Assembly (NCBI RefSeq): GCF_006345805.1 | Contig: NC_042998.1 | Span: 20,336,001-20,400,000, forward strand | DNA from: Octopus sinensis | Taxonomy: Eukaryota | DNA length: 64,000 bases | Reading direction: 5' to 3' | Shown: in pieces, positions 52,140 through 63,405 of the stretch | Position numbering within the stretch: position 1 is the stretch's first letter | Layout of the letters: each line of letters starts with the position of its first letter | The notes under the pieces: generated by a model | Databases searched by the model: none | The model's input: only the letters and a program-made list of their open reading frames with translations | What the model was told of the DNA's origin: nothing | Translations under genes and position numbers: made by a program

Positions 52140-52441
52140 TTTTTTTGCGTAATAAGATAAAAAAACCAAGGCTGTGTAGATATTAGAGCATTTATAGATA
52201 GAAGGTCTTCCAGCTGTTTCTAGGATATTTATTAATTATATCCCTTCATCGAAGACGGTGTGAGAGGAAAAATTAAGTCATAGTTAGTTTCGATGTGATA
52301 TAAAATGGAGAGTGAGGTAGAGGAAAGAAAATAGATGCAAGATATGTATGGATATTGAAGTTGAAAATCCATTTTTTATACACGGCACAGCGGTACTTAT
52401 ATATATATATATATATGTATAAGTACCTCTGTGCAGTGTAT
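52140..52441 (-). mobile_element. Penelope-like pLTR relic with decayed hammerhead and small (TA)n-centred palindrome
   Basis: Minus strand 52256-52205: gtctt-cgatga-agggatat/atatcct-a-gaaac-agct-g-g-aagac; palindrome at 52378-52441. Confidence 0.5.
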
Positions 52442-53457
52442 ATTTTTTATATATATGAATATATGAATGATTGACTGCGTGTATGTATTATGTAAAGATT
52501 TTTTTTCTTTTTACACGCTATAGTTTCATATTGAAAAGCTGGCTTTAATCTTTCTTCCAGATAGAGTTTTGTGTATGTTTCGTAGTAAATAGAACAAACA
52601 GAAAAAGAAAATTCCCTTTGAAAATCTCGTTTCATGATGTCAGCTTTCTGTTCTAAAGAATTTTCAAAGCATTTTATATGACTTTTCGTGCGATTCTTCT
52701 TGATTTTGCATTTTCATTGAAATACGATTAAATATAGCAAGAATGTAAATGACCTATAACGTAATAATGTTCGATTATTCGATTTATTTTGACAACATAC
52801 AAGGCCAGTCTTTGTCGGGGAGTTGTATAATCGATTTGATTGATCTAAAATTTATTGCCACAAATTTTAGTTCTTTAAACCAGAGAAATTTAGACTTAAA
52901 ACAGGAGTAAGTGATTTAAATAGCGTTAAGATATTCATCGCATTCACAACATTTTGGCTATCAGTTCTACTCCGACAACAGAGCTGTTAGTGTTATCGTT
53001 AATCTAAGGTCGTCCAACCGTGGCAATCCTAATGTATTTATAGCGTCTCTCACAACAAACTGTCTTTGGATAGTTCCAGTAGTCTTTTTCTATGCCAAGC
53101 AAATGCTAGACTCTGACTTCAACTTTTATATATTTCTGAGGGAAAGGAAGCTGTTGAGTGATTTTCCACAGCCCTTCTCATGAAGTAACACATCTGGTTC
53201 TGTGAGAAATGAAGAGACAGAGAGGTAGACAGGCAGACGAACAGAAACACTAGCAGACGGACAGACAGACAGTCGGAATGAGAGAGGGAGAGAGAGAGAA
53301 GATTCAATCTATTTACAAAGCAATTATTTTGTTATCGACCCCAGAATAATGAACGGCAATATAGAATTCAACGGGATTTGAACACCGATGGCAGAAATCC
53401 AATGTAAATTCTGCAAGGTGTCCTCCTGGTAACTTAGCCTCAACCTGGTTTTATGTA

Positions 53458-54040
53458 TCAGATTGAGTAAAGAGTAAACAATGTTTTGAACTACGAAGAA
53501 TTTGTACCGGAGTTTTGCAGAGTTTTGAATTGTTTTAGAAAATTTTTTGCAATTGCCTGATAATATAGACATAGCTGTGCCTAAATGCATCAGCAGATTA
53601 ACATTATTATTTTTCATTGTTACAAATGGAAGTGTTAGAGCGCGATATTCGAGCAACTTTGCTATTCAACTTCAAAAAAGGATGTAAAGCAGCTGAAACT
53701 ACTTCGCGATATCAATGAAACGTTTGGTGAGTAAATGACCAGTGAGTGGTAAGCAAGAAAATGGTTTAAACAGTTTCGCAGAGGAGACCTGGGCCTTGAA
53801 GATCGTGAGCGTAGTGGACGCCCATCTGTCGTTGACAATGATCAATTGAAGGCCCTCATTGAGAAAGATCCACGTTAAGCCACTCAAGAACAGGCAAAAG
53901 AACTTCGAGTTAGCCAGAAAACTGCCTGCAACCATTTACAAGCGATCGGAAAAATCAAAAAAGCTCGAATCAAATGGGTACCACACGATTTGAATGAAAG
54001 TCAGAAAATGCACAACTATGAAATTTGCTCGTCGCTTCTT
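53458..54040 (+). pseudogene. mariner transposon 5' half (HTH to WVPH linker)
   Basis: ATG 53626: MEVLERDIRATLLFNFKKG..RKWFKQFRRGDLGLEDRERSGRPS..KWVPHDL; stops and frameshifts; truncated by a SINE. Confidence 0.88.
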
Positions 54041-54508
54041 ATCGACCCCAGGACTTATTCTTTGTAAGCCTAGTACTTATTCTATCGGACTGTTTTGCCG
54101 AACCGCCAAGTTACGGGGATGTAATCACACCAGCATCGGTTGTCAAGCGATGTTGGGGGGACAAACACAGACAAACAAACACACACACACACACACACAC
54201 ACGACGGGTTTCTTTCAATTACCGTCTACCAAAGACTTGTGAGTGGATTTGGTAGACGGAAACTGAAAGAAACCCGTCGTATATATGTGTGTGTTTGTGT
54301 GTCTGTGTTTGTCCCCCCCCCCCACATCGCTTGACAACCAATGCTGGTTTGTTTACATCCCCGTAACTTAGCGGTTTGGCAAAAGAGATCGATAAAATAA
54401 GTACTAGGCTCCCGAAGAATAAGTCCTGGGGTCGATTTGCTCGACTAAAGGCGGTGCTCCAGCATGGCTACAGTCACATGACTGAAACAAGTAAGAGAGT
54501 AAAGAGTA
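54041..54508. mobile_element. Two SINE family A partial copies back-to-back (inverted)
   Basis: 54041-54232 minus and 54237-54508 plus cover the same consensus segment. Confidence 0.85.
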
Positions 54509-54514
54509 ATTATC

Positions 54515-54727
54515 TCAAATTTCGACACGAGACCAGAAAATTCGAGGAAGTGTGGTAAGTCGATTACAGCGACACCAGTATTCAACTGGTACTCATTTTA
54601 TAGACCGCCCGAAAGGATAAATAGTAAAGCTGACCTCGACGAAGCTTCAACGCGAAACATAAAGAGGAACGAAACGCTACTGAGCATTTATCCCCGACGC
54701 CGTAACGACTCTGCCAGCTCGCCGCCT
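54515..54727 (-). mobile_element. SINE family C (diverged)
   Basis: Ends ctgccagctcgccgcc, the reverse of the family C head. Confidence 0.75.
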
Positions 54728-55454
54728 TTTCACAAGTGTTCATAATGCGAAATTAATCTTATCACATAGCAACTTACTTAATTTCTGTTAACCGTAACGG
54801 TGTGGCGTTGTTGATGTCGATTGACTAACGTCTTAGCCAAGACGATAATTTAAGCCGAATTCTTCTCGCCTTACAGAATCTAAAATTAAAACTGATCTCC
54901 AGTTACATAACGAAAGTTTTTAAAAAATGTGAAAATATTTTGATAATTGATTTTAAAAACTTTCAGATATTCTATATTCATAATTCTTCAAAAAATAAAT
55001 TGTTAGACAAATAAGTAAAACAAAATTAAAAAGCAAATTTAAAACATATTCCCAAAATCTTTGCAGAGACTTGCTATGTTGTTTTTTTTGCAAGGTTTTC
55101 TTTTTTTTTCTTTTGTTTTTTGGTTCTTTTTTTGCTTTTTTACAAAGACGTAAATAAATAAAATTAGTGAAAAATTCTACTTGGCCTCCAACAATTCCAG
55201 ACTAATATATGAAAAGACTTTCTTTTCTATCATTATTCCATAACATTCCATCAATCAAACTCAATTGTTCGAAAATGTCGTTTGAATATTATGGTTTGTG
55301 AATTTAAAATGTGCTCCCGAAATAGAACAGACTATGGCTGAGGTGAATCTTCCAATGACTTCGAGAGAAATAACCAGTGCTTCTTACTTTTTTAGTATAT
55401 CTTTGATACTACTACCAATAATAATAATAATTATAAGAATAATAATAATAATAA

Positions 55455-55996
55455 TGCCCTGATGCAGTACCAGACAGTGGCTCTCATACCTCCTGATATT
55501 AACTAATTTGAAGTGTTATCATGTACATTGTATAAAAGATGGACTACAGCAAATATTCTGCTCAATACCACAGATTTGCTTGTCAGTTGTTTGACCTTAA
55601 CCAGTTGAGCATGTCATTTAGTGGCTGACGATGTGTGCATCGCGGATCACGAGCAGAAGTAGTTGGGGAGCATCATAGCCATGTGTTGAGAGGGATTCTT
55701 TGGGGTTTGAATAATTCACCTCTGGAAACATGGATGTTTCATTCAACATCCTTAAACAACCCTTATTCAGGGACCTTTTGAGCGGGATGGGTTACTCGAC
55801 CGGAAGAAAATTCTAACTGGGCCCTACATGCAAGGTCATGAGCTGTTTATCTTGATATGAGATCACCATGTCGTGCACATATGGTTGTGATGCATGTGCC
55901 TAGTGTACCCTTATCAGACGGGTAGCCATGATGGGTATACTAGGCTTCGTATATTTTACCCCAGTGTCACTTTGATGGCATGCACTGCTCTCTCAT
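55455..55996. mobile_element. About 540-bp non-coding insert embedded in (TAA)n
   Basis: Higher-GC block with sharp boundaries and (AAT)n directly on both sides; no convincing ORF. Confidence 0.55.
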
Positions 55997-56039
55997 TTAA
56001 TAATAATAATAATAATAATAGTAATAATAATAATCGTTG

Positions 56040-56236
56040 CAAATTTTGGCACAAGGCCAGCAATTTTGAGAGAGGGGTAATCGACTACATCGACCCCCAC
56101 TGCTTCTTTCTATCAACTGGTACTTATTTTATCGACTTCCGAGAGATGAAAGGCAAAGTCGACACTAGCGGAATTTGAACTCAGAACGTAAAGTCGGATG
56201 ATATACCGCTAACGAATTTTTCCAGCTCGCTGCCTT
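56040..56236 (-). mobile_element. SINE family C (diverged)
   Basis: gatgaaaggcaaagtcgac..ggaatttgaactcagaacgta. Confidence 0.78.
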
Positions 56237-57005
56237 TACTACTACTACTACTACCGCTACTACTACTACTACCGCTACTACTATTACTACTGCTACTACT
56301 ACTACTACCGCTACTACTATTATTACTACTGCTACTGCTGCTACTACTACTACTAATAATAATAATAATGATAACAATAATCCATTCTACTACAAGCCCA
56401 AAGCCAGAAACTTACGTGGTGGAGGGCTAGTAAATTATATCGATCCTCAGTGCTCAAAGATAAATAGATATTGTCTTTGAAAAAAAAAAAAATAATCAGA
56501 AAAGACTGTGAACAAAAGAAAGTCTGTGGAATATATCCAGCTGCACGCTCTGCCGTGAAAACCAACTGTTAAGGTCAATGATAGTATATTTGACGTAGTG
56601 TGCTAAGAGGTTTTAATTAACCTTAATTACACCCGTGCTGACATGAAATAATCTATTAGCTCAATGATCAATTCTCTTTTCATGATCAGAATTGATTATT
56701 AAGCTAATCATTCTTTCTTCTCACTACGTGTGTAATATTGATTGGTTAAAATGCCTTAATTCACTATATTAAATATGTTAGCTGTTATAAAGAAAAATGT
56801 CTCAAAGTTAACAACCATAATAAGTCTTCTTTATTCCAATGTAAGACCTTCAGTTAGAGTCTTCTTGAAAGACTCATTGATAGAATTATTGTGTAGGAAG
56901 CCGATAAGTAATTCCAACTTTTAAAGTAATTCCAATTTATATCTCTATATTAAAATGACGTCGTAACCACATGACATGCGTCTGAAGATGCTTCAATATA
57001 AAGAG

Positions 57006-57382
57006 TGGAGGCGCAATGGCCCAGTGGTTAGGGCAGCGGACTCGCGGTCATAGGATCGCGGTTTCGATTCCCAGACCGGGCGTTGTGAGTGTTTATTGAG
57101 CGAAAACACCTAAAGCTCCACGAGGCTCCGGCAGGGGATGGTGGTGATCCCTGCTGTACTTTTTCACCACAACTTTCTCTTACTTCCTGTTTCTGTTGTA
57201 CCTCTATTTCAAAGGGCCGGCCTAGTCACTCTCTGTGTCACGCTGAATATCCCCGAGAACTACGTTAAGGGTACACGTGTCTGTGGAGTGCTCAGTTACT
57301 TACACGTTAATTTCACGAGCAGGCTGTTCCGTTGATTCGGATCAACCGGAACCCTCATCGTCGTAACCGACGGAGTGCTTCC
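57006..57382 (+). mobile_element. SINE family B, tail type 1, full length
   Basis: 12-bp TSD caatataaagag (56994-57005 / 57383-57394). Confidence 0.92.
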
Positions 57383-57542
57383 CAATATAAAGAGGCTTAA
57401 TAGCGGATAATCAGCTAAATCACATCACAAGCACTGACCTTAACGTTTTGCAAGCTTAGACTGACGGGCAGTTGGCTTACTAAGGAAGTAACACTGTGTC
57501 AGTGACGGGGCATCAGTTGATGGTCCTTTAATAGACTTTCTT

Positions 57543-58040
57543 GCAGGAGTGGCTGTGTGGTAAGTAGCTTGCTTACCAGCCACATGGTTCCGGGTTCAGT
57601 CCAACTGCGTGGCATCTTGGGCGAGTGTCTTCTACTATAGCTTCGGGCTGACCAAAGCCTTATGAGTGGATTTGGTAGACGGAAACTGAAAGAAGCCTGT
57701 GGTATATATTAGGGATTGCGTAAGTGATTCATTCGTTAATAGGTGAAACCTAGGTCTGCGATTAATTCTTGTTTTTTTTATATAATTCTCATCTGTCTTG
57801 TCCGCATATTGTTCTGGTGTCTGCTGAATTTTTCTCTAGAGAACATTCTTTTCTTTGTAGTTTGATCGCAGGTGGTCTACTTCTAGCATATGGGTGACCA
57901 CATAGTGTTTTTTTAGCCCTTTAAATATACACATGTATTAGAATTTTCTCCGATTCTTCAGATCTTTGTATGCTAGGCTACTGGTTTTAAATTGATATTA
58001 ATTAAATTAATATTCAATTTATCTCCCTCATTATTTAAAT

Positions 58041-58075
<35 letters not shown>

Positions 58076-58492
58076 AGACGCCATGATAGATCGTTAGCCA
58101 CTACACACATTTTTTCTCTCCTTGTTTTTTCTGTAGAAGAGCGTAGGCTCGAAATGTAAAATACTTTTTCTATTCCTGAGCGTTATACTAATACATCTGT
58201 TTGTTTCGTACACCACCTGTCTTCGTCTTTTTTTTTCGTAAACTCTCCCTAGATATATATACATATGTGTGTGTATGTGTGTATATGTTTGTGTGTCTCT
58301 GTTTGTCTCTCCAACATCGCTTGACAACCGATGCTGGTGTGTTTACGTCCCCGTAACATAGCGGTTCGACAAAAGAGGCCGATAGAATAAGTACTAAGCT
58401 TACAAAGAATAAGTTTTGGGCTCGATTTGCTCGACTAAAGGCGGTGCTCCAGCATGGCCTCAGTCAAATGACTGAAACGAGTAAAAGAGTAT
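57543..58492 (+). mobile_element. SINE family A split by a ~550-bp insertion in its internal microsatellite
   Basis: 5' half 57543-57708; 3' half about 58257-58492; the insert includes a hammerhead-like relic at 58128-58161. Confidence 0.8.
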
Positions 58493-59876
58493 ATGCTGTT
58501 CTCTTTCCTCTCGTCACCACTAAAATTAAGCCATCTTTGTGAATGCAGTGAAATCTCAGATGGAAGAGAGAATATGCAACTAGTTGACCGTCCCAGAGGT
58601 CGATGGTTCGTAAATATGTTACAACAAAGGAATCATTTCGGTTCCTATCCCAGGCTTTGTATTTTATTCCAACAAATGGATTTTTTCGGTTGCTGTCACA
58701 GCCTTCATATTTTGTTCCAATTGTTTTCAAATTTGCTCAACTGATCTTGTTTCGCATTCATTTTTACCGTAAATTAACAAATAAGAAGCTAATAGCTTTT
58801 AAAATTTGCAAATTTTAGGTAATTTTAGCCAATCGAAAGCCACTATTATACACAAGGCTGTAAATTTCACATTTGTGTCTGCTTCCATAGTAAGAGGCAA
58901 AGCTGTAGTCTGATACTTTCACCACCGCAACCAGCAGCACAAGTTTTGACAAGTGATATCATTTTAAGGCTGTGTAATTTGACTGTCATTTTGCGACATA
59001 TAGCTATAAGTGCAAAACATGCTGGCTTCCATTGTCTGTCTTCTGAACGAAGTAAATATCATCAAAATTTGTAACTCAGTAACATTTTTCTAAATTTCTT
59101 TGAGAACAGATTCGGATTCAGCTTAAAAAAACTACATAAATATACCAAACTTGAAAATGTTCACTTAATTGGAACATTTCCAGATCTGTGCCAGCAATTG
59201 AAAAGATTCCAACAAATTGACAAGTTTGAAGTGCTGAGTTCGATAGCTCAGTGAAGATGGTGAATATGGCCTGGTAAAACAGCGAATTGGCAGAGTTGTC
59301 AAAGCGTTAGACAAAGAAATTTTACTATATTTGTTCCGTCTCTCTATGCTCTAAGTTCACTTTCTGCCGAAGCTAACTTTGCCCCCTCATCTTTTTGAGA
59401 TTGATGTAAGCGTACCAATCTAAGGCAGTGGATTGCAAAGCAGTCAGGAAGACAGACCAGATGCCTTGCGGTATTTGATCCGACTCTGTGTGTTCTAAGT
59501 TCAAATCCCACTACGGCCTACTTGGATAGTAGACTTAAGCCGTCACCCGGCATAACACCGTACCTGGTACTCTGGGTACCTGTAGCAGACTCCATTCTGT
59601 TACAAGGTTTCCGATTTGAAGATACTTTCCTACCTCCCAAGAGTCTCAGTGACAATGCAAAAGAGCACGGGCACTGCTCTTCTTCCTGATCAAAATATAA
59701 AATATTTCATGAAGATAGAATCTTCAATTTTACTCCTGCGATAGGATGGAAGTAGAGGACCTACCACCTCCAGACAAGATAACATTTATTCTTCATTAAA
59801 AGATCAGATATAAACCAATGAATTGAACCGCATATAACTTACGTACTTTACATCAACATCTGATCTATAAAATGTT

Positions 59877-60291
59877 GGATGTTTTCGGTTTGAACGGCAG
59901 TTTTTAACATAATTTCTAGATAACTAAAAAATTTTAAACTTCGTATACTGGTAGAATGTGTTTATAAAACATCTTTTTCTTTCGGCTTTATTGCGAAAAT
60001 TCTAAAGTTTGTAAGATATTTGTTGTTGTTTTTCTTCAATTTCTGCAATTTCAACCAATCAATGACCTCCATTGACGTAAAAACATTCTGTGCCGTATGA
60101 ATATGTCCCTCGTTTAAGAAACAGATTGGGTTTATTTACATTTGTGAAGAAAAAAGATACCCTTCCCCCCACCCTTAACCCTAACCGTAAAACAGATTGA
60201 AATGCAATAGATCGATATTAGGGTCATAATTATGGGTGACAATTTCATATGACACCGCTAAAAAAAACTGCCGTTCAAACCGAAAAGATCC
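59877..60291 (+). mobile_element. MITE family M, copy 4
   Basis: TIRs; perfect 8-bp TSD aaaatgtt (59869-59876 / 60292-60299). Confidence 0.92.
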
Positions 60292-61893
60292 AAAATGTTT
60301 AGTCCTCTTGGAATATGATTGTAGAGAAGTGGTTAAACACTTAAAAAAAAATTAATTTAAGGTTTCTTCTATTTCTTATCCTTTCCAACTACGAAACATC
60401 TACGTGCTCTCTTGGTCTGCTAAATGTGGCAACCAAATCTCTCACGAACCACAGTTTACCATCTTAAATAAGAAGAGAACACATTACAGTAAACTTACAT
60501 ATCTTTAACAAACGGCGTGGACATGGTTGAAATAGCTTTGATCACAGGTCGTTCTACACGATTTTGCAAATGGCCACTAAAGGGAGATAAACAATAAGAA
60601 AAACAAAACAGTGTTAACATCTTGTTTGGTGCGTTTTATATCAACGAAAAGCGAATGAATATGCAGAACAAAAGATAAATCTCCATGAAATTAAGACCCA
60701 TGACAACTATTTTAATACATTAACGCTTTTATTTCGCTATGGAAAGACTTTAAACGCCATTAAAGTCCACGCCGTTGCTTCCTACCTGCAAAAGAGCTAA
60801 CAGAGTAGCCTCGATATGATCGCTCAACGTGCTAAAAATAACAGCCAGATATTCCACTTGGAATATATATATACGTGTTGGAAAAAAGGTCATATTAGAT
60901 AAAGTAGACATTTGTAAATTGATCCTAGGGAGAAGATATAGTCACGCATTCATGCTTTTGATCATAGGTCTGCTCGATGTAAACTGCCTTGGGGATAAAA
61001 AACAGCTACAAATATAACAACAACAATGTTGGATAGTGTGCCGAGCCTAAAGAATCCAATTCACTTGATATTTCGTGGAAACAGCCAAAAAGCAGAAGGT
61101 ACAATTTAAAATAACATTACGCCCTCATACTTCTCGCGAGACCTTATCGTTGAACAGGTGCCGTGTGACAGCTGCCATATCTACAAAGTGCTAGGAATGA
61201 GGGGTGTGGAGTGCAGTGGCGGACACATTTTCGCATCGTACATCCGCCATCCTACGTAACATTTTACACCAAGATATGTGTTAAAACCAAAATATCGCGT
61301 TCAGTGGTATTTCGTGTCAAAGAATCATTTGTAAATGTCTTTTTTCTTCACCCTTTCTCCCATTTGTGAGTGTGCACTTATACACACATATATGTATGTA
61401 TGTGTGTGTCTGTGTGTGTTTATATGATTCTATCAATATGAGTGTGTGTGTGCGTGTGTGTATATTTATATACGTACATTCATACACATATATGCGTACA
61501 CACACGCACACAAATACGCATAGATATATTACATATATATATATATATATATATATATCATTTAATGTACAGTGTATTAAAATCAGACCTGCTAATAATT
61601 TCTTGCCATGGAGTCACGTGGTTAGGCAGATTTTTATAACGTGCTTCAATGGAAAGAAGCTATTAGTAGCTCTTATTTCAATACAGTGTACATCAAAAAA
61701 TGGAACAGTAAATTATGTATGCGTTGTAGTTTAGCTCAGGCTTCTGCCGCTAGAAGTAACTTGATGCGACCCTCAGGAACCAGCCAGCCGAACGGCGTCG
61801 TCGACTGAGGTCGCACTGTCACGTAGTACGTCTTTGTTTTGCAGTGCTTCTCCACTGAATGCGTAACGTGAAATAAAAGAAAAGCTGGAAATT

Positions 61894-62181
61894 GATCTTG
61901 CTCCCTGCAATTTTTTCTTTTTTTTTTCCCCTCCAATGAAAAAAGTCCTTAAAGGAAAACGTTTTGTCGATGTGGAAGAGACGAATATAAAAACGAGAGA
62001 GGCGTTAAAAGGCATCACTTCGCAATAATTCCAGAACTGCTTCGAACACTGGAAAACGCGCGGGGACCGATGCATTCATTGAAAGGGATAATACTTTCAA
62101 GGCGATAAAAGTGAAAACACGTAAAACTAATTGAATAAAAGATATATTGCAAAATACTTCTTTCTTTTGAATATCCCCTCG
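61894..62181 (+). pseudogene. mariner transposon 3' fragment with right TIR
   Basis: DLAPCNFF..PPMKKVLKGKRF..FQNCFEHWKTR..YFQGD; ends atatcccctcg|TA. Confidence 0.82.
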
Positions 62182-62199
62182 TATATATATATATATATT

Positions 62200-62405
62200 C
62201 AATATGTGACCTCGGGAGTACCGCTGGCGATTTTTTTTCCTCTGTCTTCCCTTCTCGGGATCTTTCCTTCTCCTATGTTTCCGACGAAGAGCTCCGCTCG
62301 AAACGTTAAACCCTCCTTCTTCCCTTCTTTCCTGAGCGTCCAATAATACTTTATTTGTTCCACGTCCTCGCGTTGTTGTGTTTTTTTGTGTTTTCTTGTT
62401 TGGAT

Positions 62406-62410
<5 letters not shown>
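62200..62410 (+). mobile_element. Short Penelope-like (pLTR-type) repeat with hammerhead-like motif
   Basis: Between (TA)n tracts; motif gttt-ccgacga-a-gagc-tcc-gctc-gaaacgtt-aaac at 62277-62311; second copy at 35305. Confidence 0.6.
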
Positions 62411-62443
<33 letters not shown>

Positions 62444-62446
<3 letters not shown>

Positions 62447-62675
62447 CAAACGGGGACAAGAACGCAAAACATCCGAACAACTAGGTGATACAAAAAGGGA
62501 CAACAAAACATCCAGATAGACGATACAAAAAAAACGGACGGGTCATTCTTGACTGAAAGATTAAAGGCTTCGAGTGACCCGTCCGTGTTTTCTTTTTATC
62601 GTCTATCTGGATGTTTTGTTGTCCCTTTTTGTATCACTTAGCTGTCCGGATGTTTTGCGTTCTTGTCCCATTTTG

Positions 62676-62678
<3 letters not shown>
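62444..62678. repeat. Third fold-back element (arms about 105 bp, about 23-nt spacer)
   Basis: 62444-62548 vs 62572-62678 are imperfect reverse complements; (TA)n on both sides. Confidence 0.88.
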
Positions 62679-62730
<52 letters not shown>

Positions 62731-62750
62731 CGTCGTACGTACACTTTGTT

Positions 62751-62792
<42 letters not shown>

Positions 62793-62970
62793 ATATTATA
62801 TATATATATATGTGTGTATGTATGTGTGTGTGTGTGTGTACATGCATGTATTTACATATATACATATAGTCTGGCTCTCCGTCGGTTACAACGATGAGCG
62901 TTCCAGTTGATCCGATGAACGGTACGGCCCGATCGTGATATTAACTAGAGCGAAGGCGGGAGAGATATGC

Positions 62971-63405
62971 GGTGACATACATCTGGAAAATCCTGGAGGG
63001 TCTTGTCCCAAACTTTGGCATTCAAAGTTACCCCAACCGCAGAACGGGGCGCCACTGCATGGTGCCAAAGATTCCAACATCACCATTAAAATACAGGTCC
63101 AGATACTGCAACAGCTTGGGTTTCAGAGGACCACAGCCCTTTAACATCCTCCCTAAATGCCTGAGAGACTTACATGGTGTGGATGTGGGTTTCTTTAAAA
63201 CTAAACTGGATCTCTTCTTGTCGGGGGTCCCAGATGAACCTACCTCACGACAGGAGACACAGATGCGGGCAGCGGCATCGAACTCCCTTGTTGATCAAGT
63301 GCCACGTATCAGAGGTGGATTTACATATTAGTGTAGCTCATTCAGCGGTAGTGCCCCAGCATGGCCGCGGCCTTCAGGCTAAAACATTTTAAAGGATTTT
63401 AAGGA
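62971..63405 (+). mobile_element. CR1-like LINE 3' fragment
   Basis: YIWKILEGLVPNFGI..CNSLGFRGPQPFNILPKCLRDLHGVDV..AAASNSL, homologous to 30436-30790; 3' stem-loop and (ttaagga)n tail. Confidence 0.9.

Noticed and set aside
57006-57080. tRNA gene-like sequences at SINE heads
   Set aside because: A/B boxes continue into shared SINE bodies with TSDs; I could not build a complete cloverleaf acceptor stem.
58464-58730. 88-aa minus-strand ORF with an internal 48-bp duplication
   Set aside because: No recognisable domain or splice signals; probably part of an old repeat.
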